NCBI RefSeq assembly: GCF_009914755.1
Contig: NC_060937.1
Direction: 5' to 3' (one strand)
From: the human T2T-CHM13v2.0 reference genome, Homo sapiens
Length of the DNA: 64,000 bases
Of the stretch, positions 1 through 13,930 are shown one piece after another. Every line of letters starts with the position of its first letter. Within the stretch, counting starts at the first letter, position 1. Under the pieces are notes generated by a model. It was not told the DNA's origin and made no database searches. It saw only the letters and a program-made list of their open reading frames with translations. A program made the position numbers and the translations under genes.

Positions 1-1097
1 TATTTGGAAATGTTTATGTAATTTTATGTTAAAATTAAATTAATATATTTTATTGCATTTTTCTCCCAATGTTTTTACTGCAAAACTAATTGGAAACACT
101 GAACTATTTTTCTCTTTTAGTTGACAGGACATAAATGTGAAATAAAAGGCTTTTGATACATTTAGTTTTCTTTCTCAAAAAATAAGCTTATTATATATAC
201 ATAAGAAGATTAAAGACATGTCAGAAAGCTTTTTGGAAGCCCAATGTAATGACAGACTAGGGTAACATCCACAAAGGAATATTTAGCCTTTTTCTGGGAA
301 GGAGAAATACATGCCTATTATCAATAATACCATTGAATTACCAAAATTAAGGATTCTTAATTAGTTTGGAGTTTTGTCTATTAACTTTGACTGAAAACAA
401 TACTCAGAATCACAAAAATCTTAAGGAGGAAAAGTAATTTTTAAAAGCCATCTTAGCAATAACAACAGCACAAAAAGACCCTGCTCTTGATAAGAGGCCT
501 TCTACTGTGTTGAGTATGGAATTCGTTTCATACTTGTGTTTCTGTTTCTTGTATTTGTGTTTCTGTTCTCCTTCTGTTGAAGGAGTCTAGGTCAAAATAT
601 ACAAAATATACACTCTACCTTGTCCTTTGGATACAATCAGCGTGCCAGAACCTAAGCATAGCCGTCTGTTCGAGTTTTGATTTGTTTTTGTGCATGATTC
701 AGCACACAGGCACTGTGGTTAATTCTTAATATTTTTTTTTGACCATGGAATTTTTAGTAAATCACTGCTAGTGGTGGAAGGATGAGTTAAGTTCATCAGT
801 TGCTTGTCTCCATTTAATTGTTAATCATGTTTTTATTTTTTCTCCAATTTTTTTGTGCTTATGCTTTCATTCTAGAACTTTTTTTTCAATTATTATTATT
901 CTAGTTCTTAGTTTCTAAATATGATTTTTCTATAACTTGTCTTGGGCTATTGATGTTTATTGTGCATTTTACCTGCTTATTAATTTGCATAGTTAAAAAG
1001 GCCTGTTGCCTTACTAAGAAATTGGTTTGGCTCATTATTAACATTACAGTTTTCACTGTGCAGACTAACTAAACTTCATTCCATCAAAAAATTGTAC

Positions 1098-1214
1098 TGG
1101 CTCGTGCCTGTAATTCCAACATTTTGGGAGGCGGAAGCAAGAGAAGGGCTTGAGGTCAGGCGTTTGAGACCAGCCTGGCCAACACAGTAAGAGCCCATCT
1201 CTATAAGATAAAAA
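1098..1214 (+). mobile_element. Alu left-monomer fragment (FLAM/AluJ-like)
   Basis: ctcgtgcctgtaattccaacattttgggagg...gagaccagcctggccaacacagtaagagcccatctcta plus A-rich end; no right arm. Confidence 0.85.
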
Positions 1215-1547
1215 TTTACTAGAAAACAATATATAATAAAAATGTCCTAATAACTGTGTCATGCACACATGCACTTTCAGATTTAATTTTTCCAACTCCT
1301 CTCTGAGATCCTCACAGATGTTGAAAGGATAATATGAGATACAAAGTTCTCCCACATTGACATGAAAGTAAGTGGCCAAACTAGTATTAGAATTCAGAAG
1401 TCATAACAAGCATTTTTATCATTCTACTTTGTCCCTTTGCTCTCTACAGTCATTGATGCAGGATATTTCTGAAGATGGTACAAAGGACATTTAAGCTAGA
1501 AATTAAAATTTATAACAGCCCACATTTTATTTAGAATAAGTAGGGGT

Positions 1548-1956
<409 letters not shown>

Positions 1957-3403
1957 TCAGTGGTGCCTCTGAACCTGAGACTGTGTATACAAAAGTAGAG
2001 TTCTTCAGAGATGAAAAAGAAGGAGAAATACCCTAAGAGTAAAACCAGTCCAAAAAAAGTGGAGTGTCAGTAAATGCAAGCCATAAGTCAGCGAGAGATG
2101 ACTGGCCATACTCTGTCCCAGTGTTCAACTCCTAGACAATGCCCTCTGGGAACCAGAATCAGAGAATGCCATTCTGCCATCTTTTTAAAGTGTACACTTA
2201 TTCTTAAAAAGGATTAACCTATAGATTTTAGCAAATATGAGTGATTAAAATAAAGAATATAATAATCCTAGCTACTATTCCAAGACATTTTAGAGGAAGT
2301 CCTTGCTAAAGTTCTAAACTCATTTTTAAAATTCCCTACTAACTTATTTAAATTCATAAACCTTTCATTAAAGAACTTTTTTGGATAAGCTGACAAAAAG
2401 TGTAAGTTAAGTCTTTTCAGTTGATGGTCATAAAAGCATGAGGAAAGGAAAATATTTTGGGTGGCTCTATGTTAGGAGAGACAAACACTGCATTGAAGAT
2501 AATGTAAATGTATGAGACAATTTAACTAAGAAATACAAAAATAATAAAAGAGAGTCTGACAAAAGATGCAATCGTTCCAAATATTGATTAGTCTCAATGT
2601 TGAGCATATTCAAATTTGGCAGGCATTACCTTTGCACTCTGAGCTATACAATCTCTAGAGCTATTGATTTTTCAGGAACCCCATGTGGCATCACAAAATG
2701 GCAAAATTTGGCAAAATGGTAGGTCTATCAGTTGGTGACTGTTCTAAACCATTAAGTTATCAACTAATTAGTCATAGCAATTATCACACCATTTAATGTA
2801 GCATTAATTACTGTGAATAATGATACATTAACTTTAAATAAAAAGTATAATATATGACTCATAATAGCAAGAGGATGGGATTGATAATTGAAAGTGTGGT
2901 TTATTATGATATACTCAGCCTTTGATGTATGCAAATACGTATTCGAACTCCATCAGACAAAACTTAAAGAGGAAAGTTTAAAAGAAGTGGTCACGAAGAG
3001 ACCTTAGACAAATGAAGAATATGCTCTCTAAAGGGACAAACTTCGGAATGGCCCTCTGCCTGAAACTGTTTACTATTTCCCTGACTAATGACCAAGGATA
3101 ATAGGGCCTCTAAGAGCTCTAAGAGAGCAAACTAACATTAAAATAGACTGATTACGATGCAGGCAGAATACACTCTGAGGAGTCAACCTCATTGAAAAGT
3201 CATAATGGTCAGAATGAAGTTGTTATTGGGTCAGCAGTCAGCCGGACCTATTCTAGCCCCTGGGAGGTACACATGGTGCAGTTAGAGCCTGCAGAGTAAA
3301 TGTAGAGGTAACAGAAAAAAAGAAACAAAGTAAGAAATGTAATTACTTAAGAAAATTCCTGAAGCATCAAAAGCAGCAATAAGAGCACTAATAAGACAAA
3401 GTG

Positions 3404-3732
<329 letters not shown>

Positions 3733-3779
3733 TTAATGTTGATGCCACCATCACACATCCAGAAAATGCAAGGTACAAG

Positions 3780-4570
3780 ATGACTTTCTTAATGCCATAT
3801 GAAGACCTCCAGTGGTACACTCCCCAACGAAACAACCAGCATAATTGTTTTTTAAAGAATAAAATAAAAATTAAATAAAGTTTCTGGAAATTGTCCTAAA
3901 GGGATACAGCAAAAGAAGAAGAAAATGTTATTCAAAAAGATCTAAATTTTCATAAGAACGGGGAGTCCATAGCATTTTAATCACAATCCACTCCTCCCCC
4001 TTCCCTTTCATCTCAGAAAAATGGAAACTCCATTCCAGGCAAGAACCAACATGGACATGAGGCTCTCTCTTTCTGCAGCTCCTGGTCAAAGGCTATGTCC
4101 CTGGGAAAGTCAGTCCACCAATATTTTACAACCTTCCCACATTTTTCTCCCCACATTTGTGTTGCAGAAGTTCTATTCCAGGCCAAAGCTAAGGAGTCTT
4201 GAGTCTGGGGCTCTCGTCAACATGCTATCCCCAGTCATCTGTGTCCTGCTCATTTGTAAGGTGGAGATTCACACTGGCAAGGGAAGCCAAGACCAGAGTC
4301 TGCAAACCCCATCCAGGCCTCTGCTGGTAAAGATATGATTCTGAGGGAAGTAGGCCACTGTCTCCTATCCCTACTCCAGAAGAGTGGCACAATGTTCTTC
4401 CCAGGGAGAGAGGCAAGCTGTAAAAGAACGCCAAAGTTCCCCTCAAAGGGATTGACGTTACTCTACATAGACTTTGAGGAAGTTTAAACCGAAGACTGCT
4501 GTTGAAAATATGAAAACACTGGTGGCAAGCAATTAGGGATCCGGTAACTTCATGAGGGCAATAAATTAAT
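3780..4570 (+). mobile_element. Ancient L1M (L1M4/L1MD-type) 5' region fragment, apparently resuming at about 5625-5775 after the Alu insertions
   Basis: Resembles recalled L1M 5'-end motifs (tctggaaattgtcctaaagggatacagcaaa; aacttatgtcccaaggcatt...agcaatagaacatcag). Confidence 0.5.
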
Positions 4571-4580
4571 CTTTAGACAG

Positions 4581-4646
<66 letters not shown>

Positions 4647-4982
4647 CTCTTTCTTTCCTTCCTTCCTTCTTTCCTTTCTTCATCTCTTTCTCCTTCCTTC
4701 CTTCCTTTTTTCCTTCCTTCCTTTCTCTATTTCTTTTTTCTCTCTTTCTTTGTCTCTTTCTTTTTCTCCTTCCTTTCCTCTCTCTGTCTCTTTCTCTCTC
4801 TTTCTTTCTTTCCCCTTCCTTCCCACCTTCCTTCCCTCCCTCCCTCCCTTCCTTCTTTCCTTCCTTCCTTCCTTCTCTCTGTCTCTTACTTTCTTTCTCT
4901 CTTTCTTATTCTTTCTCTTTCTTTCTTCTTTCTTTTCTTTCTTTCTTTTCTCTTCTTTCTTTCTTTTTCTTTCTTTTCATTC
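4581..4982. repeat. About 400-bp (TTTC)n/(TTCC)n polypyrimidine microsatellite
   Basis: Pure (tttc)n at 4581-4645, decaying into ttcc/ctct arrays; abuts the tail end of a minus-strand Alu. Confidence 0.98.
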
Positions 4983-4983
4983 A

Positions 4984-5260
4984 TGAAGTCTCACTCTGTC
5001 ACCCAGACTGGAGTGCAATGGCACATTCTTGGCTCACTGCAACCTCTACCAGCCAGTTCAAGCAATTCTTCTGCCTCAGTCACCTGGGTAGCTGGGACTA
5101 CAGGCTCATGCCAACATACCAGGCTATTTTTTGTATTTTTAGTAGGGGTGGGCTTTCTCCAGGCTGGCCAGGATGGTCTCGAAGTCCTGACCTCAGGTGA
5201 TACTCCCACCTTGGCCTCCCAAAGTACTGGAATTACAGGTGTGAGCCACTGCGGCTAGCC
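4984..5260 (-). mobile_element. AluS, minus strand
   Basis: gtctcactctgtcacccagactggagtgcaatgg...gtgagccactgcggctagcc. Confidence 0.96.
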
Positions 5261-5303
5261 TAAAAGCTTTAGAGAGCTTAAAGTTTAAGATGGAGAAACA
5301 TAG

Positions 5304-5622
5304 GGCCACTTGAAACTTAAAGTTTAAGACTGGATTCATGCCTGTAATCCCAGCACTTTGGGAGGCTGAGGCAGGCGGATCACCTGAGGTCGAGAGTTCG
5401 AGACCAGCCTGACCAACCTGGAGAAACCCCATCTCTACTAAAAATACAAAATTAGCTGGGCATGGTGGCACATGCCTGTAATCCCAGGTACTTGGGAGGC
5501 TGAAGCAGGAGAATTGCTTCAACCAGGGAGGCAGAATTTGCGGTGAGCCGAGATATGCCATTGCACTCCAGCCTGGGCAACAAGAGCGAAATTCTGAAAA
5601 AAAAAAAAAAAAAAAAAAAAAA
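5304..5622 (+). mobile_element. AluSp-like with altered 5' end
   Basis: Sp-type motifs gaccaac..ggagaaacccc and gggcaacaagagcgaaa; long A-tail 5597-5623. Confidence 0.95.
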
Positions 5623-5772
5623 AGAAACAGGGAAAGAGCTATCCCTCCTGGAGTTGGAAAAGCCTCAAAGACTGATCCTAAATTCTATCTGTACAAGAAG
5701 CCCACATTTCATTGGAGAAGTCTGTGTAGCAACTTATGTCCCAAGGCATTTTTTTTTTAAAGCAATAGAACA

Positions 5773-6505
<733 letters not shown>

Positions 6506-6969
6506 GATTATTGTATTATCTTGTGACAAAACCCCATACTGGGGACATTTAGGAAAAACATGTCATGCCAAAACTTTCCAGAAGGCTGAGAAAAAGTAAG
6601 ACTGGGCAAGAAGGGATGCTGAGTTAATGGTGTGTTACTTAACAAGTCACTGTTTGGTATCAAGAAAAATTGATTGCTTAATATTACCAGACCATCAATT
6701 ACTTTTAAGGACAGTTTGTCTAGAAAAGGATGGAACATAAATGCAGTTTTCCTGTATTTCCCAGTTGTGTATGCAGGCAAATCTTGCCATGCCTCAAAAA
6801 TTCAGTGACTGGGCTAGTTAGCGAAGCATTGTTGGGCTCTGCCTGCGAGTAATTAGCTGATGTCTATGCAGTGTTAGTGATGACAGAAGCTTCTGTGTCA
6901 AAGACAAACAGGCAATATCCCTGGAAACAGATTACTCTGATGATATTAATTGCTGCATATCAATTCAAA

Positions 6970-7520
6970 TACTTTATCTCATTTGAAACTATGCTATTCA
7001 CACTTTGGAAACAAAAAGACAGGTTAAAAGAGTTTCCCAAGGACAGCTAGGAAGTAACAGAGCTATAATTTATATCCAGGTCTGTCTTATTCTACTGCAG
7101 GTGCTAGCCCTTCACCCTTTATAGAAAATATATGCTGATGAATGCCTAATATAGATCTCTATTGCTGATTTATTCTAAGTTATAAACTCATATATCCATC
7201 AGACTGGTTGACATTTCCACTGAATGTGTGTCTGATATCTCAAAGTTCACACACTCAGAGTGCCACTGTTAGCATTTCTCGCAAAGTTTCTCTTCACTAG
7301 TACCTTCCACCCAGTGCGCATTCAGGAAACCTAAGTCCTATATATGATGCCTCTCACCTCCCCAAATCTAATCCATGATGAATAGATAAATCTAATATTT
7401 AAATGCACACACTACATGTCTGGGACTGCTCTAAATTGTTTACATCTATCACCTTTAACGTTTATAGCAAATAAAGTAGGCACTATGGTTATTCCCATTA
7501 TTCTAATAAGGAAACAAGGC
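6970..7520. mobile_element. MIR and L2 fragments; the MIR at about 7395-7523 is split by the THE1 provirus and resumes at about 9757
   Basis: MIR core-like attcccattattctaataaggaaacaaggc; L2-like gacatttccactgaatgt..tctcaaagttcac. Confidence 0.6.
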
Positions 7521-7523
7521 AGC

Positions 7524-9756
7524 CGTATTAGTCTGTTCTCATGCTGCAAATAAAGACATACCCAGGACTGGGTAATTCATAAAGGAAAGAGGTTTAATTG
7601 ACTCACAGTTCCACACGGCTTGGGAGGCCTCACAATCATGATGGAAGGTGAATGAGAAGTAAAGTCATGTCTTACATGGCAGAAGGCAAGGGAGCTTGTG
7701 AAGGGGAACTCCCATTGATAAAATCATCAGATCTTGTAAGACTTGTTCACTACCACAAGAACAGTGTGGGCAAAACCACCCCTAAGGTTCAATTATCTTC
7801 ACCTGGCCCCGCCATTTACACGTGAGGGTTATTACAATTCAAGTTGAGATTTGGATAGGGACACAGCCAAATCATATCATTCCATCCCTGGCCCCTCCCA
7901 AATCTTATGTGCTCATATTTCAAAACGATTAATGCCTTCCCAACAGTCCGCCAAAGTCTTACCTCCTTCCAGCTTTAACCCAAAAGCCGAAGTCCAAAGT
8001 CTCATCTGAGACAAGGCAAATCCCTTCCACCTACGATCCCGTAAAGTCAAAAGAAAGTTAGTTACTTCCTAGATACAATGCAGGTACAGGCCTTGGGTAA
8101 ATATACCCATTTCAAATGGGAGCGATTGGACAAAACAAAAGGACTACAGGCCCAAAGTCCGAATTCCAATAGGGCAGTCATTAAAGCTTAAAGTTTCAAA
8201 ATTATCTCCTTTGACTCCATGTCTCACATCCAGGTCACACTGATGAAAGAGGTGGGCTCCTACAGCCTTGGGCAGCTTCGGCTCTTGGCTTTGCAGAGTA
8301 CAACCCCTTTTCAGTTGCTTTTATGGGCTGATGTGGAGTGTCTGTGGCTTTTCCTGGTGCACTGGGCAAGCTGTCATGGATCTACCATTCTGGGGTCTGG
8401 AGGAGGGTGGCTCTATTCTCATAGCTCCCCTAGGCAGTGCCCCAGTGGGGACTCTGTCTGGGGGCTCCAACCTCATATATCCCTTCTCCACTGCGCTAGC
8501 AGAGGTTCTCCATGAGGGTCCCACCCTTGCAGCAAACTCTTCTACCTGGACATCCAGACATATTCATACATAGTTCAAAATCGAGGCCAGAGTTTCCAAA
8601 CCTCAATTCTTGACTTCTGTGCACCTGCAGGCTCAACACCATGTGGAAGCTGCCAAGGCTTGGGCCTTGCACTCTCTGAAGCCACTGCCCAAGCTGTACA
8701 TTGGCCCCTTTTAGCTATGGCTGGAGCAACTGGGATGCAGGGCCCCAAATCCTGAGGCTACACACAGCAGTGGGGCCCTGAACCAGGCCCAGGAAAACAT
8801 TTTTTCCTTTTAGACCTCTGGGCCTGTGATGAGAGGGGCTGTCTCAAAGTCTTTGACGTTCCCTGGAGACATTTTCCCCATTGTCTTGGTGATTAGCATT
8901 TGGCTCCTCATTACGTATGCAAATTTCTGCAGCCAACTTGAATTTCTCCCCAGAAAATGGGTTTTTCTTTTCATCAGCCTGCAAATTTTTCAAAATTTTA
9001 TGCTCTGCTTCCTCTCGAACACTTTGCCTTTTAGAAATTTCTTCCTTTAGATACTCTAAATCATCTCTCTCAAGTTCAAAATTCCACAGATCTCTAGAGC
9101 AGGGGTAAAATGTCACCAGTCTCTTTGCATAGCAAGAGTGACCTTCACTCCAGTTTGCAACTAGTTCCTTATCTCCATCTGAGACAACCTCAGCCTGGAC
9201 TTTATTATCCATAACTCCATCAGCATTTTGGTTAAAGCCATTCAACAAGTCTCTAGGAAGTTCCAAACTTTCCCACATCTTCCTGTCTTCTGAGCCCTCG
9301 AAACTGCTCCAACCTCTGCCTGTTACCCAGTTCCAAAGTTGATTCCACATTTTCAGGTATCTTTACAGCAGCACCCAACTCAACTGGTACCAATTTACTG
9401 TATTAGTCTGTTCCCACACTGCTAATTAAGACATACCCAAGACTTGGTAATTTATAAAGGAAAGAGGTTTGTTCAATTGACTCACAGTTCCACATGGCTG
9501 TGGAGGCCTCACAATCATTGCAGAAGGCAAATGAGGAGCAAAGTCATGTCTTACATGGTGGCAGGCAAGTGAGCTTGTATAGGGGACCTCCCATGTATAA
9601 AACCATCAGACCTCCTGAGACTTATACACCACCACAAGAAAAGCATGTGGAAAACTGCCCCCATGATACAATTAACCCTACCTGCCCCTGCCCTTGACAC
9701 ATGGGGATTTACAATTCAAGGTGATATTTGAGTGGGGACACAGCCAAACCCTATTA
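7524..9756 (-). mobile_element. Complete THE1 (THE1B/C-type) MaLR provirus: LTR 7524-7879, internal 7880-9398, LTR 9399-9756
   Basis: Two homologous LTRs ((t)gtattagtctgttc...cagccaaa(c)catatca); internal ORF 8844-9350 is the typical THE1-int translation (GSEDRKMWESLELPRDLLNGF); 5-bp TSD gcagc/gcaac. Confidence 0.96.
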
Positions 9757-9869
9757 GCAACTTACCATTTTCCAGCTATGAAGGAAAAGGTAAGGCCCAG
9801 ATTCTAACACCAAGGGCACTAGGAGTCTACAGAGGCTAGTCACTGTTACTGAAAAGATCCTTTGACTCT

Positions 9870-10300
9870 ATTAAATACATCTTGACTCCATCTTCTTTAA
9901 TTCATGCCCACCGTTAACAACTTAGTCCAAGTCACCATCTTTCTGAACTTCCTCAGCAACTCCTAACTAATGCCTCATTGTCTGATCTTGCCCCTTTCTA
10001 TTTCATCCTTCCATCTCAATCAATATTGTTTAAAATATGAATGTGATTATGTCCCTCCCTACACAAAATCTTCTCAGAACCTTCTGTTGCCCTTAAAACA
10101 AGACTGAACCCCTTCAATATGGCTCACAAGAGAGTTCACATTCTGAATTTGGCTCATGACTACTTCTCCACCATCATATCTCCAGAATCTTCTTCAATCT
10201 AAGTGACAGGTACTTCCAAGTAGTTTTTATTCCTCAAACACACCATGTCCTCTCTCATGACAAGAGCATGCCCTCTACATGCAACCTCCCTACCCCCAAC
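9870..10300 (+). mobile_element. L2 fragment
   Basis: L2-like ttagtccaagtcaccatc...gcaactcctaactaa...aaaatatgaatgtgattatgtccctccc. Confidence 0.6.
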
Positions 10301-10310
10301 ATGCCCCCTC

Positions 10311-10855
10311 TGTTTGGCTTCTCTAGAGGGACAGAACTAATAGGATATATACATAGGATATATGTAGGATATATCCTATTAGTTATATATATCCTATATA
10401 TATAGGATATACATATCTATATCTATGTCAATATCTATATCTATATCTATATATATATCCAATTAGTTCTGTCCCTATAGAGAACCCTAATACAATAGGA
10501 TATTGTATTGGGATATATATAAGATCTAGTAGGATATATATATCCTATCAGTTCTGTCCCTTTAGATAATTCTAATACGGGGGAGTGTTGTATCCTATTA
10601 GCATGATATATATATATATATATATATATAGTCCTTTTAGGATGATAGCACTGAACAGGATACAAAAAAATTCTCCCTCTCTCATAAATATATATATATG
10701 TATATATGTATATATACATGTGATACTGATATGTATATATGTATACACACATATGATACATATATGTATACATGCACATATATGATATATGTGTCTATGT
10801 ATATACGCACATATACATATATGATACATATATGTATCATCCTAATATATATAGG

Positions 10856-10893
<38 letters not shown>

Positions 10894-11275
10894 AAGGAGA
10901 GTTTATTAAGTGTTAACTTACATGATCACAAGGTCCCACAATAGGCTGTCTGCAAGCTGAGGAGCAAGAAGAGCCAGTCCGAGCCCCAAAACTGAAGAAC
11001 TTGGAGTCCGAGGTTCAAGGGCAGGAAGCATCCAGGACTGGAGGAAGATGTAGGCTGGGAGGCTAGGCCAGTCTCTCTTTTTCATGTTCTTCTGCCTGCT
11101 TTATATCCGCTGTCAGCTGATTAGATTGTGCCCAGCAGATTAATGGTGGATCTGCCTTCGCAGCCCGGGGACTCAAATGTTAATCTCTTTTGGCAACACC
11201 CTCACAGACACACCCAGGATCAATACTTTGTATCTTTCAACCCAATCAAGTTGACACTCGGTATTAATGATCACA
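10311..11275 (-). mobile_element. MLT2A1-like ERVL solo LTR with expanded, rearranged internal (TA)n tract
   Basis: ttctctagagggacagaactaatagga at the left end; 10895-11275 aggagagtttattaag...caagttgacactcggtattaatgatcaca follows MLT2A1. Confidence 0.93.
10345..10890. repeat. (TA)n/(TATG)n-rich array containing inverted and ectopic inserts
   Basis: Pure TA runs at about 10606-10630 and 10860-10890 with degenerate tatg/taca between. Confidence 0.95.
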
Positions 11276-11555
11276 GCCCCTAATCCTACCCTCAACACTC
11301 TCCTACACACTTTGTTTGTCTGTTTTTTCCAATGATACTTAATTTTCTGGCTTAAACTTTATAGGAAACACTTTTCCGATCCCAGAATATGTATTCTCCT
11401 GCTTTATAAGATGCACTAGCTCCACATATCCCCATTATATCATTAGTGACTCTGAATTCTTTATTAGATGCTAAGCACCCTGAGGGCAGCAACCATGTAA
11501 TACCTTGCTAGTTACTCTTTTTTCAGTGCTAGCACTGAACAGGATGCAAAAAATC

Positions 11556-11662
11556 TCTCTCCCTCTCTCTCTCACATGCACACATGCACACAGATGCAAG
11601 CATACACAAATACATATACATATACATATACATATACACAAATACATGCACATGTATGCATA
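11556..11662. repeat. (CT)n + (CA/CATATA)n low-complexity repeat
   Basis: ctctctccctctctctctc acatgcacacatgcaca...tacatatacatatacatata. Confidence 0.85.
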
Positions 11663-12862
11663 ACCACTAACACAGGGAGGCTGGCACCATCCAATAAATT
11701 TATATGGTTCTTCCAGAATATGGTTATTAGTTAGATCAAATATTCTACTGGTAGACAAACAGGTACAAATCTTATTTGGCTATCACCAACAAATGAGACA
11801 TTTCCTTACACTGACATGAGAAAGTGAGCTTAATAAATATTGCCTCTGATTTGTCAAAAACTGTTTAACATCTTATTGCCTGAAGGTTGTTTCTCTATAT
11901 TTATTCAGGATCCCTCTAATTGCAAACATAGCATTGAGTTTGTTCTCCCTGCCTCTCATAAATTCCCCTATGTTGATATGTACTAAAATAAATATGTTAT
12001 ACTAAACTTCCAGTGCTATATTTTAAATAATATAAAGCAGCTTTTCTTAAATTAGCTGCATTTCATTAATTTTAAACATTAATGATTAAGAAAAATTCTG
12101 CTGGATTAGGCAGGCATGTAAGACAGTTCTTATCTTTTCATTTAACATTAAGAAGTATTATTTCACCCTCATAGCATCTAAGTGGAATTGTTTATTGCAT
12201 GCTAAAGTATAACAAATGTATATTAAAAAGTTCAATGTTCACATATTCAAAATGAGAACATTTTGAAGTAAACATAATTATCTCAGTTTTGTTGCTAAAT
12301 ATTTTAATGGGATTCCACTGGCATATTCTAAATATTATAATCAGAGCATTAATCCAGATAGTTTATCTGATTGAAAGTCAATATTTTAAAATCCTGTTTC
12401 AATACAGATGATATCAAGAGAGTAACTTTCCCTTCAATCTACATAAAATAACAAAATGACAAATTAATTCTACTAAATTTGATTTGGTCTGTCTCTCTGT
12501 GCATTCAATATAGCATGCTGTGATTTCTGAAAGCAATACATTTCTAAACAGTGATTTTTATATTTTGTCAAAATTTATAGTATATTTTATGTATATCAAA
12601 GATTAAAATTAGTCACAATTTTGTTGTTGCTAAATAACATTCCTCAGAACTTTTTGAAAATAATTCAAAGTATTTAAATATTCATGGAAGAGTGTTATTC
12701 TTAACTCTGAAAAAGTCTCCATTTGTAATAGAGAAACATAGTTTTTGAATGCAATGATTAAAACATTCTGGAGAATTTCTTTTGCCTTTCCTATTCCATC
12801 TCTCATCATGTCTTGATGACTTGACAACAATTTCTTTTTTGTTGTCCCTGCCACTAATCTTG

Positions 12863-13261
12863 TGTCTTCATTGATTTTTGTTGCTATAAAGTAATACTTG
12901 AGGCTGGTATATAATGTGTAAAGAAAAGAGGTTTTTTTCTGGCTCGCAGTTCTGCAGGCTGCACTAGAAGCATGGTGCCAGCATCTGCTTCTGGTGAGGC
13001 CTCAAGGCAGAAGGGGAAGGGAGTCCAGAGATCACATGGTAAGAGAGAGGGAAAAGGTACTAGGTTCTTTTCAATAACCAGCTCATGGGGGAACAATCAC
13101 AGAAACTAACAGAGAACTTACTCATTACCAGGAGGACAGCACCAAGCCATTCATGAGAGATTCACCCCCATAACCCAAACATCTCCCATTAGGCCCCACC
13201 TCCAACATTGGGGATTAAATTTCAACATGAGGTTCAGAGAATCAGATCTCCAACTATAGCA
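12863..13261 (-). mobile_element. MSTB-type MaLR solo LTR
   Basis: agaagcatggtgccagcatctgcttctggtgaggcctc...aggccccacctccaacattggggattaaatttcaacatgag. Confidence 0.9.
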
Positions 13262-13479
13262 TCTTGTTTCTTTCAGATCCCTCTAGGCACTATTTGTCTT
13301 GTCTCAAACAAAACCCTGATCATATCACTTTGTATATTTAAATTAGTGTGGTTTCCATTTGGCTACAACAGGAAGTTCAGACTTTTTAATATGGCATAAA
13401 AAGTCCTTCATAAACTTGTTTCTCACTACCTTTCCATGCAGCTTTCTGGGAACTTTATACAACTTTGAAAGTGGGATAG

Positions 13480-13930
13480 CTCAGAATTGGTGAATTCTGA
13501 GGCTCCATTTTAACCAGATGTATGGATACATTTCTGGGTGTTCAGCTTTTGGTCACACTAGGGCAACAGAGTTTCTATGCATTGTGTCCTTTTATAACAT
13601 CATCCAAAGAAAGAAGATATGATTTTTCCTTGCATTTGTCTCCTTACCAGAAGAAGCCTTTTCATAGAAATCATACCTTTTATGCTTTCAGAAGAAAGTT
13701 TCATTGGCCAGCCAGGGTTACATGCCCATTCCTAAACTACTTACTAGTTGAAACAAATGCTAGTACAGTACTTCAATCAGTTTTAATATAATTGTGATTC
13801 ATTCTCTGATGTGGTGGAGAAAACTACCTGTCTGGAATATATCGCCACCTGAACAAAATTAGGGTCAGATTCATTTGACAATAATAATGAAGGAATGGCT
13901 GTTGAGTACAGAAATAATAAGGTTTCTCAA
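13480..13930 (-). mobile_element. Old MLT1 (K/L-like) LTR remnant
   Basis: cattggccagccagggttacatgcccattcctaaac...cacctgaacaaaattagggtc...gaaggaatggctgttgagta. Confidence 0.5.

Noticed and set aside
3100-3345. Minus-strand splice-acceptor-like tract (...ttttctgttacctctacatttactctgcag/gctc near 3289)
   Set aside because: No convincing paired donor or coding frame; a non-coding exon cannot be supported without transcript data.
4750-4986. Ser/Phe/Leu-rich 78-aa ORF
   Set aside because: Translation of the TTTC/TTCC microsatellite.
10447-10892. Tyr/Ile-rich ORFs on both strands
   Set aside because: Translations of the (TA)n array.
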